Below, in pieces: positions 13,301 through 23,389 of a stretch of DNA of 64,000 nt (the first letter of the stretch is position 1; each line of letters starts with the position of its first letter). The notes under the pieces were generated by a model. It saw only the letters and a list, made by a program, of their open reading frames with translations. It searched no databases and had not been told where the DNA came from. Origin of the DNA: Trichinella spiralis (Eukaryota). A program made the translations under genes and the position numbers. The stretch is taken from assembly GCF_000181795.1 (NCBI RefSeq), contig NW_003526944.1, positions 1,657,045-1,721,044 on the forward strand, written 5' to 3'.

Positions 13301-13724
13301 TTCACTAATAGAAGAAAAAATAATTGACGCAAAATTTCCCCTCTTTTTGTCAAATTTCATAATTAAATTTGATAATAGAAGCGATCACTGAATTATGCAA
13401 ATTAATAATAGTGAAACGTCAAACAAAACTGAAGAAGAGTTTGGAAATGAATTTGAATAAAGTATGTTGAATTGAAATAATATGTTGAATAATAATTAGT
13501 GGTGGTGGTGGGGTTTTTCTGAATTTGCTTTCTGTATTGTTTGTGCAAAGTTTCGCTTCATCAGAGATATATGTTGTTGTCAAACGTCGATTGAGTTTGA
13601 AAAATTGTAAAATTTTTCAAAATTGAAATTCAACAACAGCTGCAGCAAGCTGAAAATTTATCAATCGCGTTTTAGCTGTCGTCAATCAAGCGACATAAGC
13701 GCAACTCTTGTCAAAATTTTATAA

Positions 13725-13757
13725 TATAAAAGCGTCGTTTCAGCACAGAGTTCATTT
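13725..13757 (+). promoter_or_regulatory. TATA box plus initiator of the PCHTP gene
   Basis: TATAAAAG at 13725-13732 and Inr-like TCATTT with its A at 13754 (29 nt downstream), about 48 nt before the ATG at 13802. An AACAGCTG E-box lies at 13635-13642. Confidence 0.55.
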
Positions 13758-13801
13758 TCAAAGTGCCCCTCAACAGCAGCACTGCAAAAAGAAAAGCAGA
13801 T

Positions 13802-15398
13802 ATGGCTTTCTCAACTATTGTCGTGCTTTTTGTTGCAGCCGTTGGTTTCGGTAACAGTAGTTGGCGACAGTTTTGTGCTTTGTTATTATTATTATAATTT
13901 TTTTAATTTACCACAGAAATTTCGTCGGCCGACACATGTCCCGAATTTGGAGAATGGAAACCTTGGACAGAATGTTTATGGTATCCGATGCAGAATATTT
14001 ACGACAAAATGACCGCCAGTTGTGGTTTGCCTGGACATCGCAATTTGACGAACATTTTGCCTCTACCACCGGGCTTTACTATCCCTCCACCTTGTGGTCA
14101 TTGCAGTTTCAAGACCCGCTGTCGTACACGTCCGAAGAAGGAAGGATGCTAGTAAAAAGGAAAAAAAATTAATTTTTTGCAACATTTTATGAAATAAACT
14201 CCCGTTTTAGCCCATTCGACGGTGAACGAGAAATCTGCCACGAACATGGCGATATTTGCACCATAGCTAAACTGCCAGGAATTGGCTGCGGTTGGACAGT
14301 TTTGCAAGAAGTGGTCAAGCAGTGTTTGTCCAGACCTGACATACCTGAATATATGAGAGCTGGTTATAAGAAGCTGTTCCACATGTTGCCCAAAGGCCAT
14401 TGTATTGAGTAAGTGAAGTGTAGTGTAGTGGAAAACGTTCGAAAGTTTATCCATCATTCCCTTTGCAGGAAAGATAATCAGTGCAAATGTTGCTGCGGAG
14501 ATTACGAACCCAACGAAGATGGAACTGAATGTGTTAAACAACAAGGTAATTAGGGATATTGATAAGGATAATTGATAAGAAATATTGAAAAATAAAAATG
14601 ACGACAGTTATGCTAAATTTGATTTTTCGCAGATCATCAGTGTGCCCCGTTCAATGAACCCGGAGATTGGAGTGAATGTTTGTGGTTCCCGTTGGCGGAT
14701 ATGTTCAAGAAGGTGCAAAGCCATTGCGGTGTCGAAGGCAAGCCTGAAGGTCTGTCTCCAAGTTCGCTGGCACCGGCCGGATTTCAGATTCCGGAGAAGT
14801 GCGGCTTTTGCTCGTTCCGCTTGAAATGCCAAAGTCGAGAGAAGAAAGAGGGATGCTTCCCGTTGAAGGTGGATAAGAAAAGTTGCGGCGCTGAAGACTG
14901 TCCAACTTGCGGAGATGTGTGCACCTTGGACAAGCAGAACAACAGCTGCGCGTTTACAAAGGCAATGGGAATGAAATTCTGGAACAGCTTTGCGCACAAA
15001 GCAAAAGAAAGCAATTTAGCTCACTGGCGTCGTGATGGTTATGCGGATCTGTTCAAATTTTTACCATACGGTCATTGCAAAGAGTAAGAATAGTTTTGAA
15101 CAAAATTAATTTAAACCATGTTGTAAATTATGCTTTCAGAGTGGGCGACAAATGCAAATGCTGCTGTCATCCGTATGAACCGAACGAAGACGGCACTGCT
15201 TGTGTAGTGAAGCAATATTGTAAATCGTTGGAAGAGGTAGGAGGCAAAAAGCAGCAGAAAGATCAACCAGAAAGTGAAAAGAAAGCTGAAAATATGCCCG
15301 AAACTACTGGAAACGCATCCCATCATCAGCATCGCCATCATCACGGCGACAGTAGCAGCGAAAGTCACGAACAACATCATCATCATCATCATCATTGA
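13802..15398 (+). CDS. PCHTP: Poly-cysteine and histidine-tailed metal-binding protein, 6 exons
   Basis: Exons 13802-13856, 13917-14151, 14211-14408, 14469-14545, 14633-15083 and 15140-15398. Signal peptide MAFSTIVVLFVAAVGFG, two homologous Cys-rich domains (CLWYP/CLWFP, CGHCSF/CGFCSF, CKCCC..YEPNEDGT.CV) and a C-terminal HHQHRHHH...HHHHHHH tail. This matches the Trichinella PCHTP architecture. Confidence 0.93.
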
Positions 15399-17004
15399 AA
15401 GCAGAAAAATATTTCGTCTCCTTCCTGACTTAGAGTTTTTGAATATTATTGCTTTGCTTTAGTCATAAAATCAACGCTCATTAATTATTATATCATGCAG
15501 TTTCATGGTTGGAGGCATAACATATAAATATATACAATTATTATATTTTCATATATGATTTTCAGTGACACATTGAAATTATTCAGAATTGATCAACATT
15601 TAAAAACATTCGTTCATCACTGTAGTTTGGGGCTTATTAAAAATGCATTCATTTTAAATAGAACTTTGTTTATGATATCCTGTAAAGCACTTGCATAGAT
15701 AATGTTTATCCATCTGCAAAAGCATCAATTTTAATGTTAAGCAACACAACTACTTTAATAAATATACATATTCTCAGATTGTTCAAAAAATAAGAAAACC
15801 ACTTTAAAGTTTTTATAATATTATCTCCAAAAAATTGCTAAAATTGTGAATTTTAAAACTTAGCATTGTGCAACTAGATGAACTCAACTTGAAGGATCAC
15901 TAGTTGGTTTCAATTTTGCATTGTTGAATTTCATCATGTTCAAATAAAATTGCATATTGCTGAAAACAACATATATAATATTTAAATGGTTGAATTTTAA
16001 AATTTTTAGATGGCTAAAACGCTTCTGCAGCAAATGCAATAATTATCAGTTTTAAAAACAGAGCGTTGACAGAAACATAAATCACCAACAGAACACCAGT
16101 TGCTACAATTGTCAAGCAATTGAACATTAGCCGATAGCTGGAAATATGTTGAAAAAAAAAGCGACAGCAGGCTATCAATTAAGCAGAATAGCAGAAGAAC
16201 AAAGTTTCAAGCACAAAAGCAGCCGCCGTGACAGTAGTGCTTTTGACAAATTTCTGCTAAGCACTTGTCTTTTTCAAAGCACAACAGATGCACCAATTTC
16301 ACTTTCCAACTTTTCAAATCGATTTGTCATTTCTAAATTTAATTCACTTTTCCAAATCAAACGGCAGCGTTTGTTCACTTTTATATGCAATAGTAAATTA
16401 TGCGAAAATTCCATTCCATTCTTAGATTGATGATGAATGGAGCACTTTTTTGTCAGAGTACTTTTGATTGAAATTTTACTTTCGAAATTCGCATTCAACA
16501 TTCTCTCACACAGCATTTGAAAAGTATAACATTGCAAAAAAACCTTTTAAAACGTTGCCAATTATGTGTAAACATACGGTTGCATTCGCAAACTGCTAAG
16601 CAAAGCAAAGCAATTCCGTATTCATCCGTTTGCAACATGTCGATACACAATTGCTTTCAAGAGAAATACTAACATTCAATCGTTACTGTTGATAAAACTA
16701 TGTGTAGAGTGTAATTTTTAAAAAGCTATTTTTAGATATAAATATTACAATTCACGTTATTTTTTCCAAGAAACCAGTTTCATTTACAGATTAATATTGT
16801 AAAATCATTGTTTTCATATCATTGTTTGAATTCAAAATCACTACTTATCTGTTGCAAGTAAGAAAAAAAATAAGAAAAGATTTTTATTTATAAGTTAAAA
16901 AAATTTTTATTTTTAAAATTTATCTATCTGTTTTGCTGATGCCTGATTTTTTCATCTTAACTTTTTGCTTGAACAACACGGGACCAATGAATGAAAGAAA
17001 GAAA

Positions 17005-17040
17005 GAATGAATGAATGAATGGATGGAAGGAAAGAATGAA
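17005..17040 (+). repeat. Degenerate (ATGA/GAAA/GGAA)n microsatellite
   Basis: gaatgaatgaatgaatggatggaaggaaagaatgaa read directly from the sequence. Confidence 0.6.
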
Positions 17041-18420
17041 TTGCTCACTTGTTCAACGTAATATAGCGTTCGCATGCCGTCAGGCTTACCAGATGTTGCA
17101 GTAAGATTTTTTTCGCTGTAGTAAAGGCTTGCTTGCACGTTTGTTAGCCTGGCTGCTTGAACGCTTGTTCGCCTGCTAGTTTGCGCATTTCTTGCTCAGT
17201 CACTATTCTTGGGGCGGTACAGGATGGAATGTCTTTACGGGCATTGTAAGTTCAGCAATACAATGACCACGTAACGACATTCTGACGTGTGCAGTTCCTC
17301 TTCTACGTAATTTGGTAAAAATTTTTACGAGAAAAACCTCACACCTCTTCATCATCTATCTGATCATCATCAACATTGGTAAGTTGTAAGACATTTTTAG
17401 CAGAAGAAAGCAAATTATGAAACAAAACCAAAATTTTAAAACAATAAATAAATTTCTTAATGTATACTTTGATAAAGTTTACAAACGCTTAAAATGCAAA
17501 TTTGCAAAAAAAATTTTGATGTCATATAGCGAACAAAATTCATTTTTTTTCCTAAGCTATAAAAATATGCAAACCAGAAAATAATTTTGTCTCAGTATGT
17601 TACACTGATGAAAAAGACAGTTTACCATTATTCAATTAAACGATCATTTAGTTGTCATAGATTGTACAATTTTGTCAATTTTGAATACTGCAAACTACCT
17701 GTGCAAACGCAAAAAGCTGTGTTTAAAAGAAAACTTTAACAGTTATAAAATTTCCAAAGTTTAAACTGTTGTTATTTTTGGTGATAGAAATATCTTTTTG
17801 AAAGAAACAATTCATGCTGTTTAGTTCTATTTGAAACGCACAACGTGGTAGAGGAAAGTGCAAGTTTGTAGCAACAGTTCAAAACGTACAAATGCGGCTA
17901 AAAGTTTGCAAAAATATTTGACAAAATTAAATTTTCAACTATTCCTTTAATTTCATTTTTATCTGATTGATTTGAAATTAATGTACATCAGTGAAGCAAA
18001 ACAAAAGCTTCTGCTGAAAGGAAAATATTTTTTCTCGAATCATTAACCAAGCAAACATTAACCAAACTTCAAGCAACGTTTTCATTCAATAATTGTCAAA
18101 CTGAAGAAAATATAAAATTGTTCGTATGTGTAAATAAATAAATTTGTTAACGTATTTCATGGTAAAATATGAAGTTAAAGTTGCTACCAGTAACTAACCT
18201 AACTATCAATTTTTGTCAAAATAGAATAAAATTGTTAATTTTTTTACCAAAATGAAAGCAGATGTATTACTTTTTAAAATATCTACCCAATTTTTAAATA
18301 TATTTAATGGTTTTTTAGTATTGAAACTTGCAATTATGACATTTAAATTTATAATTAAACCTGAAAATCTTTATATAATTGTAATTACGGTGTACTCTCC
18401 TGCCGGTAATCTGAATTCTG

Positions 18421-19020
18421 ATGGAAGATGTGGGTGCTGGTTTTGTTTTTCCCAGCAATGTGATTATGCTAATTGCTGTCTCAGTTTCATTGCTGCTTAC
18501 ATTATCATGTTTGATTTGTCGCAAAGCAAATCGACCAAGTCAAATTCCGTCGAACCAACCGTCGAAATCCATTGACGTTTTCGATCAGTGTTCTTCTGTT
18601 GAACTGAAACATTATAGAAAAGTCTACGACTCGTCCCAGTTACCGGAAATAAAAATTGAAAACAGAAATGAAAACTCATCTACAAGCAAATCTCCCGAAA
18701 CGCTGATCAGAATTCGCCATGATTCATTTGCGCACGAATTGGAAGCGATGCAGAGAACGCTTGCCGACAGCGATCACGACGCCAACTCCAGTTCATCAAA
18801 ATTGACCGTAACGTATGCGAATGACATTTTGGACTGCGATTTAGCGTTAGCAATTGCGAGCGATTTAACATCTAGAAATTCGGTATTTTTATCCCGATTG
18901 ACCAAATCGCCAGTTTCTAATCGTGCCCACAATAACGATATCATCATGTCCCCTAGCTTATTGCCCGCAATGCTTCACGACGACGTTCGTATACTGGGAA
19001 AAGAACGCACTCCAGTTTAG
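18421..19020 (+). CDS. Hypothetical single-pass membrane protein (199 aa)
   Basis: ATG-initiated ORF, GC-richer than its flanks. One TM helix (VIMLIAVSVSLLLTLSCLIC) followed by RK and a Ser-rich tail. A strong donor at 17378 (G|GTAAGT) may end a non-coding first exon. Confidence 0.6.
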   Translation: MEDVGAGFVFPSNVIMLIAVSVSLLLTLSCLICRKANRPSQIPSNQPSKSIDVFDQCSSVELKHYRKVYDSSQLPEIKIENRNENSSTSKSPETLIRIRHDSFAHELEAMQRTLADSDHDANSSSSKLTVTYANDILDCDLALAIASDLTSRNSVFLSRLTKSPVSNRAHNNDIIMSPSLLPAMLHDDVRILGKERTPV

Positions 19021-22000
19021 CCTGTTTATCATTTTTATTTTTTCAAAATTTGCAAGTTTTTACTGAAACGGCTTTTCATTCGTGTCTCTCTTTCAATGCT
19101 TTGGTGATATTTGCATTTTCAGAGTGTGCTTTTGATCGCCATTTACCGTTGACGACCGTGTCGCGTAACAATTATTACACGATGATATATGTAAAGAAGG
19201 TGGTTTTCAACTGAAAAATAATATTTTACAACGCCGGGCAGGTAGTTCTGTGATTAGAAGTGTTTGTGTGTGCTGAAATTAAAAGCTTAGTATTATTGTG
19301 TATTAGTTGTTACTTGATGCGTTGAAAAATTGATCCTAGCAATGCAATCCTAGCTACAGGGTGACAAATATTTAACCAAATAGAAAAAAAAGCAACTAGC
19401 ACAAAAAGTAACGGAAATACGTTCACAATGAGGATGTGTATTTTGTTCGAATTGGCCATTTGTTCGTACGTACGTACGTATTTTTCATAAACGCATCAAC
19501 GCAGTCAGCTTGCAACGAGCAATGAGAACTAGACAGCGTTGTACAAATTGTCACAGTTCATTAGTTGGGTAAATTTGATGGATGATCAGTGCATCGAATT
19601 TTGTATACTTTGTACACTTTTACAAATAGTAGCATAAAAAAAGTACTATAAACTGAAAAATAACACTTGGATTATAGCTTTTCCGTTCGTTCGGCGGCAC
19701 TCATTGAAGATCAAGTGACGTTTGTGAATGGTTTCTGTTGAAAATTTTAAGATAATATTTTAAAACTGAAAGCAAACAGAAATGATTGTGCCAGGATTAT
19801 ATGCTGACTTTCTTCTCAAAACTAACATAAAATGAAAACACCGTCTACGATAGCATTCTAATTCATCACAGATTGCATTATTTTTCATTGCGCGCAATAT
19901 TGCACAGTCTGTTTGCTGAAACAGTTTCAAATGTTTGTATTCTCAACACCATCATTGCTAATCTTATACTTTCATTGGGAAAACTGGATGACTTATACTG
20001 TAATAATAGCAGAGAGCGAGATGTTTGTTACAACAACAATTTGAACTGTAGTTCACTACATTGAGCAAACAAGTTTTATCATTGTACAAGCCGTAGGGAG
20101 CTTTTCAATAGTGACGGATAGGCATTTGCGATGCACATAAAAACGCACAACAAATTTCAAACGAAGAAAACGACTCGTTTTAAACCAAAAACCCGTTGTT
20201 TAAAATTTACGTCATACCTGATTGTTGAAAATTACAGTAATCGTTGAGGATAAGAAAATTTTATAGAAAATTATTGTAAAATTAATTTTTTTTAAAAAAA
20301 TCCACAGATTTTAAACAATAATAAGTTAATAGTACTTACAGAATGAATAAAAACTGTGAATATTGAGTTGACGTATGGACGCTTTCATAATTCACAACTC
20401 TCGTCATGTAAATATTATGGGATCGTTAGTGTACTGAGTGTTCGTAATTAAATGGCTTGTCACGTCAATGGCAATGTATAGAATGGATTATTGGATAGAA
20501 AATTTCTTGATAGGCGAATGTTTGTTTTTCAACGAACTACTTTCGCTGATAAGAAATTAGTGAAAATTTGAATAAATTATACATTGTTCTTACGTATCCG
20601 ATTGATTAATTTTGAAATGATGAAAATTGTTCTAAAATAGATTTCAATTTCAATTAAAAGAAGAATTAAAATAAAAAACTGAATAGAATTCACCATTGCA
20701 AAGAGAAAATGCAAGATGTTACAGTGCGATTTGAAATTTGTTTAAAATTCGTCGTCGTTGTGTATATTTAACATTTCGATTCAAAATATACACATTAGTA
20801 ATAAAAGCAAAAAATGAAAAAAAAGCAAAGAACAGATAAATTGTCAAATAATGATTGTTTGTAATTTGGAAATTGTTATTAAAATAAAACCTTGCGTGTT
20901 ATTTATTTATTGAAGATAGTATCAATCAATCGATCGATTGATCTATCGGTATCCGGTATTGAAAGTTTTGTGCTAATTTTATAACGTTGTATTGATTTGA
21001 TTTGATTTTGTTATATTTAAAAATTTCTAGTTTACAATAAAGAAAATGATCATAGCAAACAAGCGGCATGATATGAGACAAAATTTCTGTCTGTGTCTGA
21101 TGAAAAGATGACAGACAGACAGAGAAAGCTCTTCTGATGGAAAAAGCTGACGCCACCGCTGGCGTCAGACTTTTCAGCTAGAATAAGTCCGACGAGAATG
21201 CTAACTATGCTATGCTATGCTATATAACGAGCGCACTTGAAAATTTCAAATTTCAAAAGCTTCAAATGTTTTGCAAGGTTGTTGGAAAAATTGTTGAAAG
21301 TTATAAAAAGAACAACTCCAACAATTCCAGTCGACATTTTTCTTTTTTGCTTTGCTTTTTGTTCTTGATCATCCAAAATTCAGTCAGCTTACCAACCATT
21401 AGCTTTGTCGATGTGAACAAGATCAAAGCCAGGCCGCGCATCTTGTTGTTCTGACAATTTGAAATTGGATATAGCTATTCTGAATTTGGGAAGTGAGCAC
21501 AGACGTTCGGGCTCAAATTGGCATTCGAGACCAGGCGGCACCGGCTTATACACATTTGAAATTGAATACCTGCGTTGAATTTTCCAATGCAAAATTGAAT
21601 CCTATGCTAATTCAATTATTTTTTTTCCCCATCTTCTCCCCTACCCCTACCTCTATCCATACTGTATTTCGAACTTTTATTCTTCAACAATGTATCTCTG
21701 TCAATCGGGGCTGGCCAGTTTGCTCAAATTTCGCATTCCGCGACCAAATAAGCTAAGCAGATGAGTAAACAATGCTTATCGTTCAAAATTATAGCCGAAG
21801 ACCAAAGTTGTGGCACAATAGTGGAAAATGCTTTTCAAAGACGACCGAGTATGTTGATCGACGTTCAACGTATCAGCCGGCGGCTTTGGAACAGTCAAAT
21901 TTTGTCAAATGACGTCAGTGAATGTTGTTGAAACGTCCAACTTTACTGTAATACTAATTATATATATATATATATTAATATTAAAGAAAAGAAAGACGCT

Positions 22001-23389
22001 CAAAGCTTTACAATGGGAAAAATTTGCATATATATATTTGCGGAATGTGGAAAATGAAATTTGAATTTTGTCGTAAAACAGTAATTTCAAACAATTGTTC
22101 GCTCGTACAGTTGATAAATTTGAATTCACAAAAAAATCTCTGATTATTGATTCGAGAAAAATGTCAGAAGAAAAACTTTTTTCTACATCAGCTCTCAAAG
22201 ATGATTGCACCATTTCAATGCCATCCTGTGATTGTTGATTTATTCCAATTAATTCTTTTACAAAACAAAAAAAAACATTTTCCCATTTCAAAATTCTCAT
22301 GATTGGAATTTTCTATTTGAAATATGATTCAAAAAAACAAAAAGTATTTCGTTGGCATTTTTCAAAGCTCAGTACTGTTTCGTGTAGATGTTGTGAATGT
22401 TGCTTTCAAAAAAAACAACAGAAAATTATACATTGCTGCTGTTTCTCAAAGGAATGATAAACTTTGCATTTCATTGTTGTCAAATGTTTTTTTTTGTTTT
22501 GTTTTTAAATTTTATGTAAATTTGTTTTCACAAGTTGAATAGCATCAATTTTAAATTTATCTTTTGTTAGTTTTGGAAAACACAATAATCAAATAATTAA
22601 TTTTGTGAAAATTAAAAGTGAAAATTTCAAATTTTGTCTACCATCTAAAAATAAAATGCAAATTGTTCAATGTAGCTGGGCCAGCAGCTGTGGAAAATAC
22701 GAACGACAGAGGCCAGTCGACGTGCTTGTGACAAGCAATGTCGACCAATGGACCAATGAGAGTGGAGCGCGGGCGTTCAAGAGCGTTCAGCTCACCTGGT
22801 CGATAACAGCTGAGGAGATGCGGATCCAGTTTCGGCACTAGCGGCGCCGTGGCGCTACACGTTCGGCTAACAAAAAGCAATAAGCTAGCAGCTAACAATA
22901 TTATATATATTTATATATATATATTGATATTGATATCTGGCAGCCGGGTGGAAGGACGGACGGGCGATTGATCGTTACTTTTTGACATTGACAAAATTCC
23001 ATGCACATTCTCAACTTTCTCTGCTGACAACAAAGAGCACCAGAAAAGCCGACCTTGGAGAAGAAGCATCGGAAGAAGCACATAAGAGCAACGCAACTTC
23101 AGAAGCAGAGCAAGAAGAAGAAGAAGGAGAAAATTAATTTGAAACACAAGAATTGCAATTATAAAATAAGAAGAAGAGCAAACGAACGATTCAATCCCGC
23201 CTTGCTTGTCATTCACATCTGCAGTTTGTTTGTTCATTTTTAAATATTTTTCAAACTGAACAAAAATAATAAATATAAATATATAAGCCAAACACAATGT
23301 ACCACAGCTTATTTTTCTTCATCATCACTGCTCCCATTCAGCCCCAGTAGTGCAGTTGCATTTGTCACTGACCGTCGTTGTCCTGCACA

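Noticed and set aside
10400..13600. Long gene-free AT-rich interval (also 2400-5600 and 19100-21000) checked for transposons, tRNA and SL RNA
   Set aside because: No terminal repeats, transposase/RT remnants, A/B boxes or convincing structured-RNA pattern visible by eye; an Infernal/RepeatMasker run is needed to exclude them formally.
14553..14590. Short imperfect tandem repeat (GATATTGATAAG-like, about 3 copies) in PCHTP intron 4
   Set aside because: An ordinary slippage repeat with no evidence of function.
15111..15395. Minus-strand ORF beginning with poly-Met
   Set aside because: It is the reverse complement of the PCHTP (CAT)n His tail.
17225..17246. TGGAATGT, a miR-1-like 5' end (also TGGCAGTG, miR-34-like, at 63809)
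   Set aside because: The match stops after 8 nt and I could not see a precursor hairpin.
21529..21542. Partial CTCF-like motif AGACCAGGCGGCAC (and similar near 22835)
   Set aside because: Two or more mismatches or a length shift against the core consensus; too weak to call.
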